Shown one piece after another: positions 1 through 9,689 of a stretch of DNA of 64,000 nt (its first letter is position 1; each line of letters begins with the position of its first letter). The translations under genes and the position numbers were made by a program. The notes beneath the pieces are model-generated. The model made no database searches, was not told where the DNA came from, and was given only the letters and a program-made list of their open reading frames with translations. This DNA is from a bacterium (GTDB taxonomy: Bacteria > Eisenbacteria > RBG-16-71-46 > CAIMUX01): the NCBI GenBank assembly GCA_030431975.1, contig JAUIHP010000024.1, forward strand, positions 5,321 through 69,320. Reading direction: 5' to 3'.

Positions 1-186
<186 letters not shown>

Positions 187-213
187 GCCGGGCACCTTCA
201 CGGCGGAACGGGC

Positions 214-1962
214 TTACGCGCCGCCGGTCATCAGCGCTTCCAGACGGTCACGGTAGACCGTCATGTCGTAGCGCTTCTTAGCTTCCTCGATTCGACGATC
301 CAACTCTTCATTGAGCCAGGCTTCGCGAAGGTTTTCGACGATTTGCTCGCGCGCATCGTCGAATGGAAGCCGCGACGAACGCACACGCTGATTGCACCGC
401 AGGATGGTGAAGCCGTGCTGAGTCCGAACGACCTCGGAGAGTTCTCCGGTCTCCATGTTGGCCGCCCGGTCGCGGAACGGAACCCAGGAGGGATCCGGCG
501 GCGCATCCCGAACGGGAGACAGACCCGTATCGGGGTAGTAGAGGACCCGATCCGAGGATTGCGCCTCGGTTTGGGCGAGTTCGTACCAGCGTATGGGATC
601 CGAGTTGCGGAGGATTTCGCGCACTTCGCGGGCACGCGTCTCCAGGTCGGGCGCAAACGTGAGGAGGCCGTAGGCGACGAGGTCCTCGGAAAGGTACCGC
701 GACGGGTTCTCCTGGTATTCCGCCTGCAACGCCGCTTCGTCGGGCTCGAACTGCGATGCGAGGTACCGGTCCCGGAACTCCGAGATCAGGTGCCGCTCCT
801 TTTGCACTCCATGGTTGGAGACAAAGGGCTCGATGTTCTGTACGCCCATCCGTTCTGCATCCATGATGAAGAGAAGCCTCTGGACGCGTTGCTCGATCTG
901 AAACTTGATCTTGTTGTCCACCCCAACCGTGACCCAGTAGTCGAGATCCACGTCGTTGAGACTCTCCATGAAATCCCGTGCCGAATAGGTCTTGCCATAC
1001 ATCTCGAAGATGGGCTTCCCGGCCTCTTCCTCCGCCAGCAACCAGGCCGGGGCCCGGAATGCCTGGTACTCGATCGTTTCCCCCGCAGACTTGGCCGCAT
1101 TGATCGAATCCCAGAAGGCCTGCATCGCGGCCTTGGGAATCTGGAAGTTCTCCGGGTGATACACAATGTTCGCTTCGGCCCTCAGACTTTCGACATAGGC
1201 CGTGCTGTAGGGGATGTAGTTGAGATCGTTGACGATGGTCTCGGCACGATCTCGGGAGCCCGGGTGCGCATCGTAGTCAAACGGCGTGTACTCGATCACG
1301 CGCAGGAAGAAGTTTCCTCGAGCCGTGGCCACCGGGCCGACCACCGTTCCCGGCGGTACGTCGTTGAGGAAGATAGCTCGGAGAAGAGCACGGGCCGCGT
1401 TTCCGAGCCCAAAGGTCATTTCTTCCAGGACCTGCCCCTGCGGCCCGGCCCCGGCCGAGAAGCGTGTCGCCACCTCGACGAACTCGCCTCCGTCGAACAT
1501 GGCCTGCCGGATAGCCTCGAAGTCGGACTGCCGCACTGTCGTTACAAGAACGCGCGCTTCGCGTTCGAGGAGATCAACTCCCTGCTGGCGCTCCTCCGGA
1601 CTCAGAGCGAAACGCTGACGCCGATGGCCGAGGTAGTCCTGCATGAGCGTCTTCTCATACAGAACGCGGTTGAGTCGTGCGCGCTTCACATCGGGCTCCG
1701 GAATCGCGTCCTCGGCCATTTGTAGAAGGACCTGCTTACTGGCCAGCAGCTCGGCAAAGTTGGCCCGTTGGTCCAGGGTCGCGTCCGCGAAGCTGGCTCC
1801 CTCGTTGACACGTTCATACTCCGCGGCCAGCTCCGACTCGGTCAGCTTCCAGTCCCCCACGGAAGCGACCACGTTCGGATCTTCGGCGGCGCAGGCGTAA
1901 AGAAGCCCGGCCGTCAGAATGAAAAGGGGCAGTAGGCGGCAGTGCCGTCGCGATATCGTCAC
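214..1962 (-). CDS. PpiC/parvulin-type peptidyl-prolyl isomerase (SurA/PrsA-like) lipoprotein
   Basis: Lipobox-like LLYAC; VVASVGDWKLTESEL N-terminal motif; two rotamase-like segments (FVEVATRFS...GPVATARGNFFLRV; GELSEVVRTQHGFTILR). Confidence 0.8.
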   Translation of the reverse strand: MTISRRHCRLLPLFILTAGLLYACAAEDPNVVASVGDWKLTESELAAEYERVNEGASFADATLDQRANFAELLASKQVLLQMAEDAIPEPDVKRARLNRVLYEKTLMQDYLGHRRQRFALSPEERQQGVDLLEREARVLVTTVRQSDFEAIRQAMFDGGEFVEVATRFSAGAGPQGQVLEEMTFGLGNAARALLRAIFLNDVPPGTVVGPVATARGNFFLRVIEYTPFDYDAHPGSRDRAETIVNDLNYIPYSTAYVESLRAEANIVYHPENFQIPKAAMQAFWDSINAAKSAGETIEYQAFRAPAWLLAEEEAGKPIFEMYGKTYSARDFMESLNDVDLDYWVTVGVDNKIKFQIEQRVQRLLFIMDAERMGVQNIEPFVSNHGVQKERHLISEFRDRYLASQFEPDEAALQAEYQENPSRYLSEDLVAYGLLTFAPDLETRAREVREILRNSDPIRWYELAQTEAQSSDRVLYYPDTGLSPVRDAPPDPSWVPFRDRAANMETGELSEVVRTQHGFTILRCNQRVRSSRLPFDDAREQIVENLREAWLNEELDRRIEEAKKRYDMTVYRDRLEALMTGGA

Positions 1963-2055
1963 GTCTCGAAACTCCTTGGAGGCCCGATGGTTTGGGCTAC
2001 CTGCTACTTTTCGGCTGACAAACCAACAACTCTAGTGGAGGGCCATTACGAGTCG

Positions 2056-3993
2056 CTAGAAAGAAGTTCGCAGCCGCATATGGACTCGTCCCGACCCGAG
2101 AGAACCCCCGAACGGGATCCCGTAATCCACGCTGACCGAGCGGTTCGTGGTCTCATTCGAGATCCCGACGCCCCAGCCGCCGTCCTCCCGTCGCTCCCCG
2201 CCCGCGCCCAGAGCCAGGTATGAGGCCCCGTCGACAAAGGCATAGGCACGCCCCTGGTCTCCGGCCAGGGCGACACCGGTCTCCAGCTGTCCGAGAACGA
2301 AACGCCGGGTAGCCAGGCTCTCCTCCCCGAAGCCACGCGGCCCGCGCAGTCCACCGATCCAGAGAGCCTCGGAAAGGGGCAAATCCCGGGCCACACCTCC
2401 GGAAAGACCTCCACCCCGCGCTTCCGTTCGCAGAACCAGAGTCGGTCCAAAGCGCCAGTAGCGCTCGTAGTTCGCGGTGACGCGGTCCAATCGCTCCCGT
2501 CGATCCGGCCCATCTGCCGGTTGGATCCGGCTTCGACCGGTTCGGAACGAAGCCTCGGCCCGGCTCCCGACCAGCCGACCCGGGCGGAGGGTTTCCCAGG
2601 CGGCCCCGAATACGGTCGAGACCCGTCGAACGACATCGGAGGGCTCCGCTCCCAGAACCGAACGTCGATACTCCAGCCCAATCGAAACCCTCAGATCGGT
2701 CCCGAGGTCTCCAAAGAGCCCACCCTCGAACCGGTCTAAGGTGAAAGTGCTATCTTCCACCTGTTGATGCACTTCCAACTTCGCGCCTACGGGAAGCCTG
2801 AACAGAATCGGCTCTTCGTAGGCCAGGTCGAGGCGGGAACGCTCCGCTTCCAGCCGTTCCCAACGAAATGCGAACTTTCGCCCGGTCCCGAAGAGGTTGC
2901 CCAGGGCCAGATCGAGGTGGCCGGAGATCTCCTCCCGTTCTCCGGAGTAGCCGAGAGCACCCTCGATCCGGTTGTGGGGCCGCTCCCGAACTCCGTAGTG
3001 GATCCGAACCTCCGCCGGACCGAGTGGCTCGAGCCGGGGCTCCTCCACCCTCTGAAAGAGCCCACTCCGCTCCAGACGCCGCTGGCGCCGAGCCAGGTCG
3101 GAGTTCCGGAAGGTCTCCCCCGCCTGATAGCGAATCCACCGGTGTAGGAATTCGATCTTCGTCGGACCGCGACCCGGGAACGCCACTTCTTCCACCGTCG
3201 TCCGGGGACCCGGGTCGACCCGAAGCCCGGCCCGGAGCCGGCCGTCCTCCACGGTCAGGGCCTCGACCTCGATGATGACGAAAGGATGGCCCGCCTCCGC
3301 CCAGGACTCGGCCCATTCCCAGACACGGGACTCGAACTCGTCGCGGTCGAACTCTCCCTGAGGAGGCACCGCCCGAGGCTCGGCCCCGCCGCGAACCCGG
3401 ACGGACAGCGAGTCCCAGACCGGGACGGCGCCCGCCTCGATCGTAAGAACCGCCGCCGGCATCGCCGGATCGTCGTGACGAAGGACAAGTCGGGCCTCGA
3501 GAAAACCTTCTTCCACGAGACGACGCCCCAAGGCTTCCAGACCCGCTCCGGGAATCGATCCCGCTTCGATCCAGGTCCGGCGAATCTCCGAGTCGGAGAT
3601 CGGACTGTCTCCCTCGATGCGCTCGAGGTCCCAGCGCGATTCACCGCTGCTTTCCGGGTCTCGTGACGGACTGTCGGCAACTTCGACGGCAGGCGCCTCG
3701 GCGCCTACAGCCCTGAAGCCCAGGATCCCGATGCCTGGAACCCCGATACCTGTGCCCCCAATGCATGCGATCCCAATGCCCGGCGTGACCAGGACGGCTG
3801 CGAGCGGCAACAGAAACGCTACGATCCAAACGAAGTCACGGGGTTCGCCTCCGTGCTCCAGCGCGCCTCCGAGCCTCCACCCACCTCGGCCCTGCAACAA
3901 AGGTGTCCGAACCGCCGACCGAGGACGCCCACCGCCCGGTCCCCGATCCCGTTGCGCCCTCGAAGCGCCATTCCGCCGCAACGCCGTCACCAT
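2056..3993 (-). CDS. BamA/TamA-family (Omp85) outer membrane protein with POTRA domains
   Basis: POTRA-like segments (GHPFVII; RLERSGLFQRV), NLFGTGRKF barrel start, GPRGF loop-6-like motif and C-terminal Phe (RLRTSF). Start reassigned to ATG at 3993, which overlaps the upstream stop (TGATG). Confidence 0.8.
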   Translation of the reverse strand: MVTALRRNGASRAQRDRGPGGGRPRSAVRTPLLQGRGGWRLGGALEHGGEPRDFVWIVAFLLPLAAVLVTPGIGIACIGGTGIGVPGIGILGFRAVGAEAPAVEVADSPSRDPESSGESRWDLERIEGDSPISDSEIRRTWIEAGSIPGAGLEALGRRLVEEGFLEARLVLRHDDPAMPAAVLTIEAGAVPVWDSLSVRVRGGAEPRAVPPQGEFDRDEFESRVWEWAESWAEAGHPFVIIEVEALTVEDGRLRAGLRVDPGPRTTVEEVAFPGRGPTKIEFLHRWIRYQAGETFRNSDLARRQRRLERSGLFQRVEEPRLEPLGPAEVRIHYGVRERPHNRIEGALGYSGEREEISGHLDLALGNLFGTGRKFAFRWERLEAERSRLDLAYEEPILFRLPVGAKLEVHQQVEDSTFTLDRFEGGLFGDLGTDLRVSIGLEYRRSVLGAEPSDVVRRVSTVFGAAWETLRPGRLVGSRAEASFRTGRSRIQPADGPDRRERLDRVTANYERYWRFGPTLVLRTEARGGGLSGGVARDLPLSEALWIGGLRGPRGFGEESLATRRFVLGQLETGVALAGDQGRAYAFVDGASYLALGAGGERREDGGWGVGISNETTNRSVSVDYGIPFGGSLGSGRVHMRLRTSF

Positions 3994-6900
3994 CAGAACG
4001 TCGCCTTCAACTCGAGCCGCGAGTCCGTCACGGCCTTCCCGCCGTCCGGGCGGCTCTCCCGGACGAAAAATGAGAGGTCGAGGGCTTCCCGTAACCGAAC
4101 CGTCGCCAGGATCCGGCTGTTCCAGCCCGGCTTCTCGAGCTCGCGCGAGGCACGCCCCGAGCCCCCACGCCGGCGCAGGGAGGTCCGCGCCGTCCGAACC
4201 TCGATTCGGCTGTGGGATCTGGGGCTCCAAATCAGTGACGGAGTTCCGACGACCACGTCGGCACGCTCCGGCGATTGCACCCGGGCCCGACGCCGGTACC
4301 GCAGCTCGAATTCCGCGGACAGATTCTTCTGAAGCCGGAACTTCTGCTCACTGACCAGGCCCCGCGTGTCCCAACCCGTTTGCGACTCGCCGGCGCCAAT
4401 CGAAGAAGACGAGGTCCGCCGGTCCCGTTCCAGTTCCCCTTCCAATTCGTGCGACCAACCCGACGCCGGCCGCGACCGAACCCGTAGGGTCCAGGAACGT
4501 GTCGACGTGCGCTCGGAAAAGCCCGACGCCGGTGAGTTCTCCACGCGACGCAAACTCCAACCAAGTCGGGGCGAGAACCAACGCGCGTCCCCGAACGCGG
4601 TCCAGTCCGCTCTTTGCAGAACGTCGACCCTTGGAAGTCGTTTCGCTCCCACAAGGACAGGAAGCATGCGCCCCCACAGATACGACGCGGTTCGACCGCT
4701 TTCCACCGAGACCGTCCAGTAGTGAACGACACGTGAACTCTGCCAAAGCTGTTTCCACAACGTGGCCTCGTCCGATTCGTCCTCACTCTCTCCGCCCCGA
4801 CGCGTTTGATCGAGTTCGGTCCGAAACGAAGCGTCAATTCGATTGCGTCGAACGGCGTCCCCCTGTTGGCGGGAAAAGATCTCGTAGTCGCCCACTCCCT
4901 GGTAGACACCCAGGGAGTCGTAGTGCCCCTGTCCTTCGCCTACGAACTCGAGCACACGGACGCGCTCACTCTCTTCCTGGGTCGAGAGTTCCCAACGTCC
5001 CTCCTGTGACCATGCGCCCCCGCCGTCACGAAAGATCCACCGGACTCTTCCGATCTCACTGACGGTCTCTCCCGGATCCTGGGAAGACAGATCGGTCTCA
5101 ACCTCCCGTCGGGTGTAGCTCGCTTCTACTGTTTTTCCCGGCCCGGCACGCCACTGGACGTCGCCCGCGTACGTGCGGCCCTCGTCGAAAAGGGTCTCTG
5201 CATTCCCGACAACCTGGTGCGTGCGCCGGCGCGTCCACTCCGTTCCGACCTTCCACAAACGAAAGCGTGACCCCGTCTCCAGTCGGCCTCCGACTTCGCG
5301 GTAGAAGGTTCCCGCCCTCGACGCTCCCTGCCCGCGCTCGCTTCGTTCGCCGGCGTATCCGATGCGGGAACCGACCCAGGATCCCAACCATTCCACCCGC
5401 GCGCGGTCGTTCTCACGCCGGCCTTGTCCATCTCGCCCGGGCAACAGCTGATCCTCGCTGTTCGTCCGAAGAAGCCGACCAGACAGACGCAACGCTCCCC
5501 GCCGCGTCTCTCCTTCGACGACAGCTCGACGGGCTTCGAAGTCCACCGTGTTTTCGAGTCGCCCCACTTCGGCGGAAACCCGGTGGACGCCTTGTCGCCA
5601 CGCCGCGCCCGCGACGACGCGGCGATCTCCCTGCGTCAGGCGCTCCGGGTCCAGGTTCCAATCCAGAGCAAAGAAGGACGGCTCCAGTCGGCCGAGCGCT
5701 CGAAACCGGTCGTCGACGTTTCGGAAATCGAGACGAAAGGTCAGACCGTCCTCCCCCTTTCCCGTCAAACGACTGGTGGCCCGGACTTCGACGGCCGTCC
5801 CGACGTTGTCCCCGTCGTCCCGGGAGGAGAGCGTGTTCCGATCCTGGTCGGACAGACCAAACTCGCCCTCCAGCGTGAGCGCGCGCCCCCACGAGGACTC
5901 TCCCTGCAGAGAAAGAATGGAATGTGATTGCGGTGCGACGAGGTCGCGGGCCGGAAGGAAGTCCCCCTCTCCCTCTCCCACGAACGTGTAGAACACGGTA
6001 TCGACCCGCGTGGACTCGACGTAGTCGCCATCCCCCACGTCGACCTCTTCGAAGCGAACGAGGAAGTCGCCACCCCCGGGACCGCGGTAGACGAAGAAAG
6101 GATTGAAGAGCGTATCGACGAAGACCTGCTCGTATTCGCCCGCTCCCTCGCCGACGAAACGAATCCCAGCGGCCAAAGTGTCCGCCTGATCGCCAACCGC
6201 GGCCAGCGCGCGCCGCTCTTCGTCGGTCAGGTCCAAGCCCAGCGGGTCGTCGGCGTCGTCTCCCTCGGTCAGCCACTCGACGGCGAACCCGCGCGACGTC
6301 GCGTCATCCGGTGAGGCCGACGCTTCCGCCTGTCCCCATCCTTCGGTGGAGACGCCCGCACGGTAGATGCGCGATCCGAAAGGTTGATCCGCAACCTGAT
6401 AGTCGACGGCGATGCGTGAGTAGGACGTGATCGGATGCCGACTCGTAAATGTGATCGAGCCGTCGCCGTAGTCGATGATGTAGTCCTCTGACTCACCGCG
6501 GGTCATGCGGCGACCATCCAGCCAGACCGCTTCGCTTCCGGCAACCAGCGGCTGGGAGATTCCGGTGTTGTCCCGCGAAAGTACGTACGGACCCTGCACA
6601 CCCTCCCGTCCTTCGAACTCGAGACTGGCGAACTCTCCCGGCGACGAAGCACCGGCGGCGCGGACGCGAAGACCACCCGCGGAAACCTCACCCTCGACCC
6701 CGGCCAGTTGGCGGTAGTAGTCGGCGAAGCGACTCTCCGGCAAACGAAGTTCGAAGTCGCCGAGACGCATGCGGGCACGCGGTCCCTCGACTTCGACCAG
6801 GACCCGGTCCAGATCCTGCAGTTCCGTGCTCGTGCCCTCGGGCTGAAGGGGGGTATCGCGATCGGTCAGAACCGCGCGAACGGAGACGTCCCGCCCGATA

Positions 6901-7706
6901 CGCCCGAAGACGGAAAGATCCAAAGATTGACGGAGTGAAAGATCTCGCTGGGACCCAACCTCCACCGAGAACGTCTTACTGCCCGCAATCTGGAGCCGGG
7001 CTTGATTGTCCGAGCCCCTGCGTGGATCTGCCGCACCGTCTTCTTCGTCCCGGAAGAAACGTCCGCCCGCACTGTCGGCCGGAGTCCATGCCTCATGCAA
7101 TCGGAAGAGCCGGGGAAACGACAACGGGAACGCACGGAAGGAAACCTCGATCCGGGTACTTGCGGGAAACGGCTTGAGAAGCCGGAATGTCCCGCGTCTT
7201 GGATCGAGCAGGAAGTCGACACCGCGTTCGAGGCCGCGTCGCTCCCCGGTACCCGGGTCCGACCACACCGCTGCGAACGACTCGGGATCGATCCACTCCC
7301 GCTCGAGTTCGAATCGGGTCGAGTCCGGATGTATCTCTAGAACGATTTTGACCTCGCTCGCGCTCCAGGATTCGGCCGGGCCAGACTCGGTCGGTCCCGA
7401 GTCTCCGAGTGCCCGGCCCGGCGTACCCAACCAGAGGACGGTCATCGTCAGCAGAACCCACGGAAGGACGGAAAACGACCCGAGCCCTGACAGTCCGGGC
7501 GGCTGATTCCCTGGAGCGACTACCCGCGACCTCGGGGTCCGGGTCCGGGTCCGGCTCCAGGTCCAGGTCCGGGTCCGGGTCCGGGTTCGGGTCCGGGTCC
7601 AGGTCCGGGTCCAGGTCCGGGTCCAGGTCCGAGTCCGGGTCCAAGCCGGCGTACCAACCCGCCGCCGCCGGTTCCGAGACCGTCTAGCGCCCGAGGACGG
7701 GAACAT
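3993..7706 (-). CDS. Large outer-membrane beta-barrel protein with SprA-like motifs
   Basis: 1237 aa with hydrophobic signal h-region; motif GSKTFSVEVG..LRQSLDLSVFGRIG..VRAVLTDRDTPLQPEG; two GxD[YF]x[IL]DxxxG motifs; amphipathic beta strands; terminal Phe (LKATF). GGAG lies 6 nt before ATG 7706, but the start is uncertain. Confidence 0.7.
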   Translation of the reverse strand: MFPSSGARRSRNRRRRVGTPAWTRTRTWTRTWTRTWTRTRTRTRTRTWTWSRTRTRTPRSRVVAPGNQPPGLSGLGSFSVLPWVLLTMTVLWLGTPGRALGDSGPTESGPAESWSASEVKIVLEIHPDSTRFELEREWIDPESFAAVWSDPGTGERRGLERGVDFLLDPRRGTFRLLKPFPASTRIEVSFRAFPLSFPRLFRLHEAWTPADSAGGRFFRDEEDGAADPRRGSDNQARLQIAGSKTFSVEVGSQRDLSLRQSLDLSVFGRIGRDVSVRAVLTDRDTPLQPEGTSTELQDLDRVLVEVEGPRARMRLGDFELRLPESRFADYYRQLAGVEGEVSAGGLRVRAAGASSPGEFASLEFEGREGVQGPYVLSRDNTGISQPLVAGSEAVWLDGRRMTRGESEDYIIDYGDGSITFTSRHPITSYSRIAVDYQVADQPFGSRIYRAGVSTEGWGQAEASASPDDATSRGFAVEWLTEGDDADDPLGLDLTDEERRALAAVGDQADTLAAGIRFVGEGAGEYEQVFVDTLFNPFFVYRGPGGGDFLVRFEEVDVGDGDYVESTRVDTVFYTFVGEGEGDFLPARDLVAPQSHSILSLQGESSWGRALTLEGEFGLSDQDRNTLSSRDDGDNVGTAVEVRATSRLTGKGEDGLTFRLDFRNVDDRFRALGRLEPSFFALDWNLDPERLTQGDRRVVAGAAWRQGVHRVSAEVGRLENTVDFEARRAVVEGETRRGALRLSGRLLRTNSEDQLLPGRDGQGRRENDRARVEWLGSWVGSRIGYAGERSERGQGASRAGTFYREVGGRLETGSRFRLWKVGTEWTRRRTHQVVGNAETLFDEGRTYAGDVQWRAGPGKTVEASYTRREVETDLSSQDPGETVSEIGRVRWIFRDGGGAWSQEGRWELSTQEESERVRVLEFVGEGQGHYDSLGVYQGVGDYEIFSRQQGDAVRRNRIDASFRTELDQTRRGGESEDESDEATLWKQLWQSSRVVHYWTVSVESGRTASYLWGRMLPVLVGAKRLPRVDVLQRADWTAFGDARWFSPRLGWSLRRVENSPASGFSERTSTRSWTLRVRSRPASGWSHELEGELERDRRTSSSSIGAGESQTGWDTRGLVSEQKFRLQKNLSAEFELRYRRRARVQSPERADVVVGTPSLIWSPRSHSRIEVRTARTSLRRRGGSGRASRELEKPGWNSRILATVRLREALDLSFFVRESRPDGGKAVTDSRLELKATF
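7535..7642. repeat. Hexamer tandem repeat (G/A)GGTCC x18
   Basis: Direct reading of gggtcc/aggtcc units. Encodes (TR/TW)n in the minus-strand ORF. Confidence 0.95.
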
Positions 7707-8790
7707 GTTCGGCTCCGTCCCACTGCATGCGGTCGACCCGCTCGGCGTTCGGCCGAGACAGGAAGAGTCGTCCCCGGTTGTCGGCCGTCATTCCCCCGAT
7801 CGGTTCGGGCTCGGCGAAGTCCTTTCGCCAGATCAGACGACCGCCGGGAGCAAACACCCGAAGCCAGTCGCCTTCGGCCGACGCCAGGACCACCTCTCCA
7901 TCGGGCAGCAGGGCCATATGAGCGGCCCGGTTCCCACGAGGCCGGGAGCCGGGCTCCTCGGCGGTCGCAGCCGACTTCTGTGCATCCTTGTTCGTGCTCG
8001 TGTTCGTGTTCGTGTCCGCAGGCTTCACCGGGGCGACCTCGTAGGACCAACTTGGCAACGCGTCTCCCTGGCGTTCGTATGGAAAGACACGGCGACTCAA
8101 TCCGTCGAGAACCACGACGTTGCCCGCACGTCCCAACGCCATCGTCACCGGCGATCGAAACAGGTTCGCAGCATCCACTCCATCGGTCAGCTCCGCGACG
8201 AAGCCGCCGTCCCGGTCGTAGCGAAAGAGGGCACGCCCGGCTCGGTCGAGAACCAGAAGCTCTCCCGTCTTGTCGACCAGGAAATCCACCGCGTCGAGCC
8301 CTTCCGTCTCTTCGCGGAGAAGGGAAATGGTCGAGCGGAGTCGGCCATCCAGTCCGAACCGGTAGAGTGTGGCGCGAGCGGCGTCGAGGGCAAAGAGGTC
8401 CGGCCCTCGGGTGCGAAGACTCCGGAGCGAAGCAAAGCGCCCGCCTCCTTGAGCGCCCGCGTCAAAGCGGGTCCAGCCCCCGTCATCGGAGTAACGGAAG
8501 ATTCGACCTTCGAAGAGATCGAGTAGGAAGAGCGTGCCGAACTCGTCCGTGGTCAGGGGACCCGGAACCCAGTCGGTGTCGAGCGCGAGAGGACTGAGCA
8601 TCTGAAAGCCGACGGTCGGCGACGTCTCAGGCCGGGACACGTCGGGTCGGGGCGCGTCAGACCCGGCCGACTCCAGCCTCGACACGTCGAGCCCGGACGC
8701 TTCAGGTCGCGACGCGCTCGCGGCGACCGAAGGACTTCCGAAAAGAAAGACCGCGACGAGGAGCCACCACGCCGACGCCCGGAAGCTCAG
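7684..8790 (-). CDS. NHL-repeat / beta-propeller exported protein
   Basis: NHL-like blades (DFLVDKTGELLVLDR; FRSPVTMALGRAGNVVVLD). The frame stays open upstream of the track start to a CTG at 8790 with GGAGG 5 nt upstream, adding a signal peptide (LSFRASAWWLLVAVFLFGSPSVAA). Confidence 0.72.
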   Translation of the reverse strand: MSFRASAWWLLVAVFLFGSPSVAASASRPEASGLDVSRLESAGSDAPRPDVSRPETSPTVGFQMLSPLALDTDWVPGPLTTDEFGTLFLLDLFEGRIFRYSDDGGWTRFDAGAQGGGRFASLRSLRTRGPDLFALDAARATLYRFGLDGRLRSTISLLREETEGLDAVDFLVDKTGELLVLDRAGRALFRYDRDGGFVAELTDGVDAANLFRSPVTMALGRAGNVVVLDGLSRRVFPYERQGDALPSWSYEVAPVKPADTNTNTSTNKDAQKSAATAEEPGSRPRGNRAAHMALLPDGEVVLASAEGDWLRVFAPGGRLIWRKDFAEPEPIGGMTADNRGRLFLSRPNAERVDRMQWDGAEHVPVLGR

Positions 8791-9689
8791 GGCAGCCTCC
8801 GCTCCAGCGCGAACCGGGTGGTCAGTTCGCCGTCCCGGAAATCCGGGCCGATCTCGAATCCGTAGCTGGAGTTTCGCAGGCGGTTGGAAAGAAGCACCGC
8901 ATCGATCATGGAAACGAGACGATTGGCCACCGCCAGTCCCACCATGTTGCGGCTTTGCTTGAACGAACTCTGGGCTTCATTCCGCTTCTCGCGGTAGCGA
9001 AGCCGCGCCGCATTGGATTGCCAGTCCCAGGTCTCGGCTCCGGTGAGCTGATTCGACATGAAGTACTCTTCCCGCGCCGCCGGATCATCGGGATGGGCGA
9101 TGCGGGCCTCGCGGCGAACGATGATCTCGTTGTACAGGTCGCTCGACGGCCAACCGGCAATGAGCTTGTAGAAGTCGTCGTCGCTCTTGGCGTCGGCAGG
9201 AAGGCCTGCAAAAAGCTCCGCCATCTCGACGTAACTCTCTTCGCGGTTCTCGCCCTGGACCCGGTAGACGGCGAACCCCGTCCAGAAGGCGAGTTCGGCC
9301 ACCATGAAGCCGGTCCCGCGTGTCTTGTGTCCCAAGTCGTAGTGAGCGAGCCCAGGTAACAGAATCGAATAGAGAATCGCTTTGCGATTCGGAGATGAGG
9401 ACGAGGCTTCCGCCTCCGTCACGCCCCCCACCTGAAGGGAAAGAGCCGGGGTGACACCGTCACCGACGGAACCGAAACGAGCGAGGTTGGGAATCGTAGT
9501 GGAACGACTCGCAAAGTCTGCCAAGGGCGACGGGGTCGACTCGGCGAAAAGTCCCGTTGGCGAGTGCGTCGCCGCCTCGATCGGGCCCGCAAGAAAGGCG
9601 AACGCCGCGCAGCCGCAAACCAACGACAGAAACGAATGGCACGTTCGGCGCGCGACTGTAAGAGGAGACTGGCTCTTCGGCGAAATCAC
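8787..9689 (-). CDS. DUF5683-like exported/membrane protein (paralog 2)
   Basis: Signal peptide; KAILYSILLPGLAHY motif; NRLVSMIDA motif. GTGA overlap with the upstream paralog. Confidence 0.65.
   Translation of the reverse strand: MISPKSQSPLTVARRTCHSFLSLVCGCAAFAFLAGPIEAATHSPTGLFAESTPSPLADFASRSTTIPNLARFGSVGDGVTPALSLQVGGVTEAEASSSSPNRKAILYSILLPGLAHYDLGHKTRGTGFMVAELAFWTGFAVYRVQGENREESYVEMAELFAGLPADAKSDDDFYKLIAGWPSSDLYNEIIVRREARIAHPDDPAAREEYFMSNQLTGAETWDWQSNAARLRYREKRNEAQSSFKQSRNMVGLAVANRLVSMIDAVLLSNRLRNSSYGFEIGPDFRDGELTTRFALERRLP

Noticed and set aside
7700-7711. GAACATGTTC palindrome as a LexA box
   Set aside because: The spacer is 2 nt rather than 4, and it lies inside coding sequence.
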